DNA of 64,000 bases, taken from the NCBI RefSeq assembly GCF_963921235.1, contig NC_086101.1, positions 11,410,001 to 11,474,000 on the forward strand, given 5' to 3'. Positions 23,632-34,169 of this stretch are shown piece after piece. Source of the stretch: Mobula hypostoma. Taxonomy: Eukaryota. The notes beneath the pieces were generated by a model. The model was not told the DNA's origin and ran no database searches. It saw nothing but the letters and a program-made list of their open reading frames with translations. The translations under genes were made by a program, and so were the position numbers. Within the stretch, counting starts at the first letter, position 1. Each line of letters starts with the position of its first letter.

Positions 23632-26600
23632 CATATAACATATAACCATATAACAATTACAGCACGGAAACAGGCCATCTCAGCCTTTCCATTCCGTGCC
23701 GAACTCTCACTCTCACCTAATCCCACCGACCTGCACTCAGCCCATAACCCTCCATTCCTTTCCTGCCCATATATCTACCCAACTTAGCTTTAAACGTCAA
23801 CATCGAACCTGCCTCAACCACTTCTGCTGGAAGCTCGTTCCACACAGCTACCACTCTCTGAGTAAAGAAGTTCCCCCTCATGTTACCCCTAAACTTTTGC
23901 CCTTTAACTCTCAACTCATGTCCTCTTGCTTGAATCTCCCCCACTCTCAATGGAAAAAGCCTATCCACGTCAACTCTATCAATCCCTCTCATAATTTTAA
24001 ACACCTCTATCAACTCCCCCCCCGCCCCTCAACCTTCTATGCTCCAAAGAATAAAGACCTAACTTGTTCAACCTTTCTCTGTAATTTAGGAGATGAAACC
24101 CAGACAACATTTTAGTAAATCTCCTCTGTACTCTCTCAATTTTATTGACATCTTTCCTATAATTCGGTGACCAAAACTGTACACAATGCTCCAAATTTGG
24201 CCTTACCAATGCCTTATACAATTTCAACATTACATCCCAACTCCTATACTCAATGCTCTGATTAATAAAGGCCAGCATACCAAAAGCTTTCTTCACCGCC
24301 CTATCCACATGAGGTTCCACCTTCAGGGAACTATGCACCATTATTCCTAGATACCTCTGTTCTACAGCATTCTTCAATCCCCTACCATTTATGTCCTATT
24401 TTGATTAGTCCTACCAAAATGTAGCACCTCACATTTTTCAGCATTAAACTCCATCTGCCAACTTTCAGCCCACTCTTCTAACTGGCCTAAATCTCTCTGC
24501 AATCTTTGAAATCCTACTTCATTATCCACAACGCCACCTATCTGTCATGGTCTGGTCAGTGAAGTCCGCATTCTGGTTCATGGTCCGGTCCATCGACCCT
24601 TGCTCCAGGTTTTCCTGTCTACCCTGTTTCTGTTCCTGTTGAGCACTAATTGAGGCAGCTGATTCTCGTTGGGGCTGGCTGCATAAATACCTCCAGAGAC
24701 CAGGGTATGGGGGCTGGATTGTTCTTGTCCTTACTCCTTGTACCCTTCCCCTGCCTTCTGTTTCCTTGCCTGAAGCCCTGCCTTGTCTTACCGGTAACTC
24801 TCGCCTCACCTGAAGTTCCTGTCTCACTTTGCATTGCCTGAAGCCTTGCCTTGTCTTGCGGGTAACTCTCACCTCATCTCGCCTGCAGACTTGTCCTGGA
24901 GCCACCCTGTACCTAGCTCCCTTCCTGTCCCTTGCCTCTGCCGGGTAAGTCAGGCCGTCTTGCCGTTACCCTACAGTTGGTTCCGTCCCATCCTGTCCCT
25001 TGCCTCCATTGGGTGGAGTACTGCACCCTGCCCAGGTGATCCACGCTCTGCCCAGGAGGAACTTCAAGACCCCAAGCCTCAAGCCTCGCCCAAAGCCAAG
25101 CTACAAGACCCCAAGCCTCAAGCCGCTGGGCTCAAGCCTCGTCTCAAGTCTCTAGCCAAGCCCCGCCTCAAATATCTAGCCAAGCCTCGCCCCAAGCCAA
25201 GCTTCAAGACCTGAAGCCTCAAGCCTCCAGTCTCAAGCCTCACCTCAAGTCTCTAGTCTCAACTCTCTGGTCTCAAGGCTCGCAAGTCTCTGGTCTCTGG
25301 CTTCGCCTCAAGCCTCTGGTCTTTGGCCTCGCCCCAAGTCTCTGGTCTCCGGCCTCGCCCCAAGTCTCTGGTCTCCGGCCTCGCCCCAAGTCTCTGGTCT
25401 CCAGCCTCACCTCAAGTCTCTGGTCTCTGGCCTCACCCCAAGTCTCTGGTCTCCAGCCTCGCCCCAAGTCTCTGGTCTCCGGCCTCGCCTTAAGTCTGAA
25501 AACTCCAGTCTCGTCCTGCCTGCCAGCCAAGTCACGTCCTTGCCTAGTTCTGGGGTCTGAGCCAGAGGCAAGACCCAGGTTCTGGGTCCTTGTCCAGTCT
25601 CTGGCTCGGAGTCCAACCCCGGGCTCCTAGCTATCTTGTCCAGTCCTGTTCCGGGTTCCCAGTTTTCGTGTCCATGTCCTAGCCCTCACCCTGTATCCTA
25701 GTCCTGTCCTTAGTGCTTCAGTGTCTGTGACTTGCACTTGGGTCCGTTCCCAGCCACCGCCTTATGACAGAACAATCCAGCCAACCGCGGACCCAGTGAC
25801 ACAGACACTGTTGTTTTCCTCTTGCCACCCGGGATTCCCTTCTGTTAAATACCCTCCCACCCGCCTGGGTCGTCCATAGTCTGGATAGCCTGTTTGGTCG
25901 CCAGGAGGCTCCCGTAGAGGGGGGCGGGGGGTACTATCATGGTCTGGTCAGTGAAGTCCGCATTCCTGTTCACAGTCCAGTCCATCGACCCTTGCTCCAG
26001 GTTTTCCTGTCTACCCTGTTTCTGTTCCTGTTGAGCACTAATTGAGGCAGCTGATTCTCGTTGGGGCTGGCTGTATAAATACTTCCAGAGACCAGGGTGT
26101 GAGGGTTGGATTGTTCTTGCCCTTACTCCTTGTATCCCTTCCCCTGCCTTCTGTTTCCTCGCCTGAAGCCCTGCCTTGTTTTGCCGGTAGCTCTTGCCTC
26201 GCCTGAAGTTCTTGTCTCGCTTTGCATTGCCTGAAGCCTTGCCTTGTCTTGCTGGTAACTCTCGCCTCATCTCGCCTGCAGTCTGGTCCTGGAGCCATCC
26301 TGTACCTAGCTCCCTTCCTGTCCCTTGCCTCCGCTGGGTAAGCCATGCCATTTTGCCGTTACCCTGCGGTTGGTTCTGTCCCTTCCTGTCCCTTGCCTCA
26401 GCCGGGTAAGTCAGGCCGTCTTGCCGTTACCCTATGGTTGGTTCTGTCCCTTCCCTCCGCTGGGTAAGTCAGGCCGTCTTGCCGTTACCCTACGGTTGGT
26501 TCTGTCCCTTCCTGTCCCTTGCCTCCGTCGGGTAAGCCAGGCCGTCTTGCCATTACCTATGGTTGGTTCTGTCCCATCCTGTCCCTTGCTTCCGTCGGGT

Positions 26601-28310
26601 GGAGTACTGCACCCTGCCCAGGTGATCCGCGCCCTGCTGAGGAGTACCACGCCCTGCCCAGGAGACCCCAAGACCCCAAGCCTTGAGCCTCGCCCCAAGC
26701 CAAGCTTCAAGACCCCAAGCCTCAAGCCTCGCCTCAAGTCTCTGGGCTCAAGCCTCCCCTCAAGTCTCTGGGCTCAAGCCTCGCCTCAAGTCTCTGGGCT
26801 CAAGCCTCGCCTCAAGTCTTTGGTCTCCAGCCTCGCCTCAAGTCTCTAGCCGAGCCGAGCCCCAAGCCAAGTCTCAAGCCTCGCCTCAAGTCTCTGGGCT
26901 CAAGCCTCGCCTCAAGTCTCTGGGCTCAAGCCTCGCCTCAAGTGTTTGGTCTCCAGCCTCGCCTCAAGTCTCTGGGCTCCGACCTCGCCTCAAGTCTGAA
27001 GACTCCAGCCTCGTCCTGCCTGCCAGCCAAGTCATGCCCTTGCCTAGTTCTGGGGTCCGAGCCAGAGGCAAGACCCAGGTTCTGGGTCCTTGTCCAGTAT
27101 CTGACTCAGAGTCCAACCCCGGGCTTCTAGCTCTCTTGTCCAGTCCTGTTCCGGGTTCCCGGTTTTCGTGTCCCTGTCCTAGCCCTCACCCTGTATCCTA
27201 GTCCTGTCCTTAGTGCTTCAGTGTCTGTGTCTTGCACTTGGGTCCGTTCCCAGCCACCACCCTATGACACTATCTCAGTATTATCTGCATACTTACTAAT
27301 CCAATTTACCACCCCATCATCCAGATCATTAATATATATGACAAACAACATTGGACCCAGTACAGATCCCTGAGGCACACTGCTACACACCGTCCTCCAA
27401 TCTGACACACAGTTATCCACCACTACTCTCTGGCGTCTCCCATCCAGCCACTACTGAATCCATTTTACTACTTCGATATTAATGCCTAACGATTGAACCT
27501 TCCTAACTAACCTTCCGTGTGGAACCTTGTCAAAGGTCTTACTGAAGTCCATATAGAAAACATCCACCGCTTTACCCTCATCAACTTTCATAGTAACCTC
27601 ATCAAAAAATTCAATAAGATTTGTCAAACATGACCTTCCCCACACAAATCCATGCTGACTGTTCCTAATCGGACCCTGTCTATCCAGAAAATTATATATA
27701 CCATCTCTAAGAATACTTTTCATCAATTTACCCACCACTGACGTCAAACTCACAGGCCGATAATTGCTAGGTTTACTCTTAGAACCCTTTTTAAACAATG
27801 GAACCACATGAGCAATACGCCAATCCTTTGGCACCATCCCCGTTTCTAATGACATTTGAAATATTTCTGTCAGAGCCCCTGCTATTTCCACACTAACTTC
27901 CCTCAAGGTCCGAGGGAATATCTGGTCCGGACCCGGAGACTTATCCACTTTTATATTCCTTAAAAGCCCCAGTACTTCCTCTTCTTTAATGGTCATACTT
28001 TCCATAGCTACCTTTCTTGTTTCCTTTACCTTACACAATTCAATATCCTTCTCCTTAGTGAATACCAAAGAAAAGAAATAGTTCAAAATCTCCCCCATCT
28101 CATTTGGCTCCTCACATAGCTGTCCACTCTGATTCTCTAAGGGACCAATTTTATCCCTCACTATCCTTTTGCTATTAATATAACTGTAGAAACCCTTTGG
28201 ATTTATTTTCACGTTACTTGCCAAAGCAGCCTCGTATCTTCTTTTAGCTTTTCTAATTTCTTTCTTAAGATTATTTTTACATTCTTTATATTCCTCGAGC
28301 ACCTCATTAA
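23632..28310 (-). mobile_element. CR1 LINE (RT region to 3' tail), 5'-truncated, split by the two-LTR element
   Basis: Minus ORFs 27451-28302 (PGPD, YRPVSLTS, QHGF), 23997-24377 (LVRPNLEHCVQFWSP), 23717-24013 (FFTQRVV); tail at about 23632-23655. Confidence 0.92.
24543..27269 (+). mobile_element. Non-autonomous Gypsy (Tf1/sushi-type) element: 5' LTR 24543-25769, 165-bp internal 25770-25934, 3' LTR 25935-27269
   Basis: TGTCAT...ATGACA termini; 5-bp TSD CTATC (24538-24542 / 27270-27274); purine tract agagggggcgggggggtac before the 3' LTR; PBS gaacaatccagcc; LTRs colinear, with internal minisatellites. Confidence 0.92.
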
Positions 28311-28369
28311 CTTAATGGTCGATGAGACTCAATAGCCGGGGGCCTGTATCTGAGCAGCATTTTGTATTT

Positions 28370-28780
28370 CAAAAGCACTTAATTCATAATAAAAGTATGT
28401 ACAAGAAAAACTAAACGTTTTACATTCTGAGTGCCACATGGCCAGTAGATTCCGTCATGTTTACACTGTTTAAACCATCGTCACTCAGTGGTGATGCAAC
28501 TTTCAATGCCTGTGTTGCTTTCCCGTCTGAATTAGCTCCTCCATATTTGGAAGCGTGTGCAGCCCCGACTCTGGTACTTCTCCACAGAGCATTTACATTG
28601 GCTTCTCTGAGCTTTGGTTCAACACACAGCAAGTTATCCGACCGCCTGGACTGCGCCAGTTGTCAGCACTCCCTCACAGACATCTCGCTGCGTTGAGAGA
28701 CCAAGTTTCGTGCAGAACAAAGAGCGTCTCTCACTGAGTTGATATCTTCCAGCAGCAGTTTCTGTGCTGAACGACTCAAT
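28370..28780 (-). mobile_element. Degenerate Tx1-clade LINE 3' fragment
   Basis: Minus strand reads NSVRDALCSARNLVSQ..., homologous to INSVKDALWSARNL at about 30510-30555. Confidence 0.7.
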
Positions 28781-30384
28781 GACACTGTGGGGGAAAGGTG
28801 AGAGGTTTAGAATGAACACGAGTGGAAACTTCTTCACTCAGAGGGTGGTGAGAGTGTGGAACGAGCTGCCAGCACGTGGCTCATGCCAACTCCATTTCAA
28901 CGCTTAAGCGAGGCCATGGATAGTAGGGGTACGGAGGGCTATGGTCCCGCTGCAGGGCGATGGGAGTAAGCAGCTTAAATGGTTTCCCACAGACTGGATG
29001 GGGCGCAGGCCCTGTTCCTGTTTCTGTTTTCTATGACCCAATGACACTGAGATTCACCAGAAACAGTAACATCAGCATTGAGAGCGCTTGGTCAAATGTC
29101 TCCGGTTTTGACAGGGAGGATGAAGTATTGCAGCAGAAGTCCTGGCCTTAAATCAGGGTCCTGACTTCTGTAATATCCCACTGTTGTGCAGGCAGGTATT
29201 TGGGCTTAGAGTTGTGCAGGGGGGAGGGTGCAGTGGATGGGGGGCGTTGAATGGAGAGATCATCGGGGTGTTAGGATGCAGATCCTTGCACGAACCCCTA
29301 TTCCAACCAGATAGGTCATTGGGAGGTTGTCAGAGAGATTATGTGGGTGTGTCTGGGAGGGTGAGAAAATGATGGAGAAAATGCAGGAGGGGTTCAGTGA
29401 TTGTTTTGGGGAGAGTTTGGTGATTGGGTGAAAGGGACGGAAAGGATTATCCTGGGACTGTGCGGCTTGCCAGGTAGATGACGCGCGAGTAAGAAAGATT
29501 AATCGTATCTCTGGCCAGAGTGCAGGTGACTAGAAAGGATGACAGTGCGATGGTTGCACTGGCTTCGTTGTACAGGAGGGGCAGAATGGAGGACCCTTAC
29601 TGTGGACGTTAAGGCCCTTGTCCTTTCTATGTTTCAGTGACACAATCTACCATAATTTACAGCTCGGAATCCAACCAGCAGGAACTCTGGAAGAATGTCT
29701 CAGAAGAATCTCTGCTTGTTGTGCTGAATAAAGAACGTTTACATTCACAGCTCCACTCTCCGTGTGGCTCATTCACAGTCACGGTAGACGTGAAGGTGTA
29801 GCATTGCAGCTAGAAAGATGGAGACAATGTTGGGGCTGTGACACGGCCAAGCATAACCCTAGTCTGTACTAAGGTTTCACACTTTGTAAGACCCATTGGT
29901 TTAGACCACGGCGTGCATTCCATCCTGAAGGTAAAGACGGTGTCCATTTTACCTGTGGACGCACAGAACCCACACGGTGAATCGGGGAGCAGTGGTTCAG
30001 CTGTAGGGCGCCGAGAAAGTCCCAGGCAGGACGGAAGTGGACAGGGCCCAGTGATGACGTTGACTCAGATAATCTGATGAAGGGATGCATATGTTTGTTG
30101 AAGACACTTCGTGGACATGCAATCAATCTATGTATATGAGCTATTTTACGCATTTATATTTATTTAGTTAGTTTTTTTTCTTATTGTACTCTTTGAGCTA
30201 TAATTTTTTGTCCTACATCGGATCCAGAGTAAAAATTATTTAGCTCACCTTTACTCTTGTGTACTGGAAATGACGTTGACCAATCTTGAATCTCGGACTA
30301 GGATGAACAGAAACCTCCCTCCAAGCACACATTACCATTTTTACAGAACACGGAAGAGAGCAGAACCGTTCATGAACAGGCTCT

Positions 30385-30892
30385 CTGCCTCATGGTATCT
30401 GTGCCGAGTGTCAAGATTCATGCCCAGCAGCTGCGTAACAGAGGACTCTCTGATCTGCGGGCTGTTCCCGGGGACGCACACGGAGACCAACATCCGGTGC
30501 TGCTGGCAGATCATCAACTCGGTGAAAGACGCTCTTTGGTCGGCCCGAAACTTGATGATCTACCAGCACATGGAGATGTCCGTGGTAGAATGCTGCCGAC
30601 TGGCACATTCTCGGTTACAGGAGTACATGCTGAGGGACGCACTGAAACTCGGTGTAGCCACCGCAAGGGTCCGGTGGGGAAGGACCACAGCTTAGAGTTC
30701 TTCTCCCGCGGGAGTTGAGGGGTAGGGTGGCGGGGAGTATTCCCTTCAACAACAGAGTGCCACCTGGGTGGCTAAATGTGTGGAAATGTAAAGACCGTAA
30801 TGGAAACATTTGTAAAGGATTGTGAGACGTTGAATGGTTTATTGTACATAATTTTATTTTTGAATAAAGTATATTTTGTTTTAAAAAAAAAT
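30385..30892 (+). mobile_element. Tx1-clade (L1-like) LINE 3' end with AATAAA and poly(A)
   Basis: ORF 30270-30695 C-terminus CWQIINSVKDALWSARNL...LQEYMLRDALKLG; aataaagtatattttgttttaaaaaaaaa. Confidence 0.75.
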
Positions 30893-30999
30893 TGTGCCAA
30901 GCGCGATGCCAAATTAAACCAGATCGCTGCTGATCGATAGACTTCCATCTCCTGCAGAGTCACGTGTCTATCTCTATGTCTCTTAAATGCCACCAATAT

Positions 31000-31740
31000 A
31001 TCTGCTTCTTTATTCAGTTCTGTTTTCAGAACAACACACAGGAGAATTGTTGTTTTGGATATCCAGCATTTTTTCGTTTGCATCATCTGTATTCTCAGTG
31101 TGGTATGGCAATTGTCCCGTTTCGGACTGCAAAGCTCTCCAGCGTGTGGTGAAAACTGCCCAGCGGATTATCGCCACCCAATTGCCCACCATTGAGAACA
31201 TCTACCATAAACGCTGCTTAGGCAGGGTGAAAAGCATGATCAGGGATGCATCTTACCCAAACCATGGATTTTATACGCTCCTCCCATCTGGTAGGCGCTA
31301 CAGGAGCCTCCGCTCCCGCACCAGCAGGCACAGGAAGAGCTTCTTCCCTGAGGCTGTGACACTGCTGAACCTCACATCACAGCGCTAAGCAGTATTGTCT
31401 CAGTACTTTTATATTTGTGTGGTGTAGCACTTTTTTCATTCGCAGTTATTTTGAAAATAACACTATTCTTTGCATTTCTGGTCAGATGCTAAATGCATTT
31501 CATTGACTTTGTATCGGTACTTCATAGTCATAGTCATACTTTATTGATCCCGGGGGAAATTGGTTTCCGTTACAGTTGCACCATAAATAATAAATAGTAA
31601 TAAAACCATAAATAGTTAAATAGTAATATGTAAATTATGCCAGGGAATATGTCCAGGACCAGCCTATTGGCTCAGGGTGTCTGACCCTCCAAGGGAGGAG
31701 TTGTAAAGTTTGGCACAATGACAATCTAATCTAATCTATT
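31000..31740. mobile_element. Rex1-like 3' end (+) with a nested minus-strand (GACTAT)n-tailed 3' fragment (31523-31710)
   Basis: ORF 30987-31388: WYGNC...LQRVVKTAQRII...LLPSGRRYRS...SFFPEAV. Confidence 0.75.
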
Positions 31741-31813
31741 CAGGACTGGTTTACTCGCCTCTCCATGCGTGGGAAATTAAAAACTGTCAGATTACCTTTC
31801 CACTAAATACTTG

Positions 31814-32311
31814 TGTAATGCCCTGGTTCGTATTTTTACTGTTAAACTGTGTGTGTTTCATTCAGCGGTTCTGTAAGAGCAGACTGTTCTGTTTCCAGCT
31901 TCTTTGGGTTACGGTTAGAGATGAGGAGAAAAGTGTGCCGTCCAATTAGGATGGTCGAATTACGGGGAGGTTTCTCTGGAGAGGGACACTACGGTTGGAC
32001 TTTTGTTCGAGAGGAGATGAAGAGGGCCGGGGCGAGATCGATTGACTATTGGTGACAATGGAAAAACACTGAGCTCCAACTTTTAATTAAAATGGGCTGT
32101 TTTCTCTTTTTTGTTCATTTTACTAAACCGTTAGTCAAATTAAGATTCATAAATATAATCTTGTAATCGTATGCGGTGTACTGTCTGTTGTTTCGTGGCA
32201 CTAATTTGTAACAGGGTAGCAAATAACACCGCCTCCACACAAACCGGGGTTTGGGTTGGGACAGCGCCTCGATCTCACGAGTCTGGTGGGGCCGGAAACC
32301 GGTGGTAATCA
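31814..32311. mobile_element. Solo LTR (498 bp) immediately upstream of the TRIM start codon
   Basis: Begins TGTAATG, ends AATCA; flanked by CTTG at 31810-31813 and 32312-32315. Confidence 0.75.
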
Positions 32312-32426
32312 CTTGTAACAACATTACGTTCCTTCTCTGAGTCTACAGCGCATCGAGTGGGCAGTCGCAGTACAGCACATCCACGGAAGTAAAAGGATCG
32401 TGAATCAGGAAGTAGCAGCGGTTAAC

Positions 32427-32837
32427 ATGGCTTCGAAAGGACAAGTCGAGAGTTTAACAGAGGAGGTAATTTGTCCCATCTGCCTGGAATTCTTTACCGA
32501 TCCGGTTACACTGCAGTGTGAACACAACTTCTGCCGCACCTGCATCACACGCTGTTGGGAAAGGGAGGGGAGGAACACGTGTCCGGAATGTAGAGCGCAG
32601 TTTGCTGACCGGACCCTCAGGCCAAGCCGACTCCTCGCTAGACTGGCTGAGAAAGCTCAGAAACTACATCTGAAGCTGAGAGAAAAGGAAAGTAAACCTC
32701 TCTGCGAGGAACATGAGGAAGAACTGAAGATGTTTTGTGAAACAGACAAGAAACTGATCTGTGTGATTTGTGCAGTTGCGCAGGAACATAGACAGCACCG
32801 CTTCCTGTCGATTAAAGAAGCTTCTGAACTCTACAAG
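32427..32837 (+). CDS. TRIM E3 ligase (RING-B-box-coiled coil-B30.2; zinc-binding protein A33/TRIM39-like), coding exon 1: RING + B-box
   Basis: aacATGg start; C3HC4 RING CPIC...CEHNFCRTC...CPEC; B-box CEEH...FCETD...CVIC...H..H; donor AAG|gtaaag; 411 nt, phase 0. Confidence 0.95.
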
Positions 32838-32926
32838 GTAAAGGCAAGCAGATTTTGATCATGCGATTGCTTATTTGTTTCTTTATTCTCTAACTCTTCT
32901 ATTTTCTGATTCTCAAAACCACACAG

Positions 32927-33022
32927 GGTCAGGTTAACTTTTCCTTAGAATTTCTCACAAAAAGGATGTCAGTGACACAGGCAGTGGCGGAGCAACAGAG
33001 ACTGAAGATTGAAAGAGTTCGG
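32927..33022 (+). CDS. TRIM exon 2 (96 nt, coiled coil)
   Basis: acacag|GGT...CGG|gtgagt; GQVNFSLEFLTKRMSVTQAVAEQQRLKIERVR; 96 nt is the typical size for this exon in B30.2 TRIMs. Confidence 0.92.
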
Positions 33023-33600
33023 GTGAGTTTCGGTTAACTGATCTTGTGTGTAGATTTGTTATGTGTAATGCGGGTATTAACACGGCGGCGCATTGCTCGG
33101 TCGGTCGGTGCAGCTGTCGAAAAATCAGATGTCCTGGTTAGATGCTGATCTGGGATGCTGTCTGTGTGGTTTATGTGTTCTGCCTGTCACCGCCCCGGAT
33201 TCCTTCCACGTCCCAAAGGCGCGCTGCTTGGATGTTCAATTGTCTGCCGTAAACTATGTTTGTGAGATTGGGCGGTGAATCAGCGGGAGTGAATGTGCGT
33301 GTGGTAAAAGAATCGGCTGCAGGGATTGATAAGATAATGAACTTCCTTTTCACAATATTTCGGAAGCATCGCGATAAAGTTTTGAATCGCCAAGGCAAAG
33401 AGGTTTACAGAGCAAATGCTGACGAAATGTAACACTGCAGGTAAGTAACGTGGACAGCACCTACCGGTTGGGCTGAGAGACGTCTTCTCGTGCTCCGTTA
33501 TTTTGTGCTCAAGATTGATGGGCTGAATGGTCACCTTCCCTATCGGAAGGATCTACAATACATTAACATAACACTTTAACCTTCACCCTTAATTCGACAG

Positions 33601-33834
33601 GAACAGTCACGCTTCCTTCAGTCGGATATCGCATCCCAGTTTGTTGAACTACACCGGGTTCTCACTGAGAAAGAGCAGCGCTTACTCCGAGATCTCAGGG
33701 AAGAAGAGGCAAGGATTCTGAATCCAATGACGAAAAACCTTCGAGAGATTCAAGAGAATTTAAATTCTATTCAGGAGGAAATGTCAAAGTTACAGAAACA
33801 GCTGGATCAAAAAGACAGTGTGGTATTTCTGAAG
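33601..33834 (+). CDS. TRIM exon 3 (234 nt, coiled coil)
   Basis: cgacag|GAA...AAG|gtgaga; open frame EQSRFLQSDIASQFVELHRVLTEKEQRLLRDLREEE...VVFLK. Confidence 0.93.
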
Positions 33835-34169
33835 GTGAGAGATTACATTACAAATTGATTCAGTTAAAATCCACTGTCACAAAGTGGTGGGTGGCATTTC
33901 TGAAATACATGCAGCATTTACCAATAATTCAGAAACTGGAATAAGTGCTGCCTGTTCTCCAGGGTTGATCTGGCAGTGATTCCCAAAAATAAATCTGTGC
34001 CTTTGGAGGGTTTTCTCCCAGCTGCTTGTGAATGAGTTGCTTTGATCTTGACACTGAGTTTGTGATTGTTTCATATCTCTACACTGTTCATATGAGTCAC
34101 AGTTGCAGGCAGTGTGTGTGGCTGGTGTCGTGGTGTGAGGACACCCCTGGAGAAAGTACATTAAGACCA

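Noticed and set aside
24834..27201. Low-complexity ORFs (KPRLKSL / QASPQVSG repeats) and a CRISPR-like look of the 26-bp arrays
   Set aside because: They are translations of LTR minisatellites; units are head-to-tail with no unique spacers and no cas genes, in a vertebrate context
28420..28737. Short ORFs first suspected to be a DNA-transposon accessory gene
   Set aside because: Minus-strand translation matches the Tx1 ORF2 C-terminus seen at about 30510-30690
32400..32426. ORF-track start 9 codons upstream of the TRIM ATG
   Set aside because: It is a GTG start; the ATG at 32427 has a good Kozak context and gives the usual MAS- N-terminus
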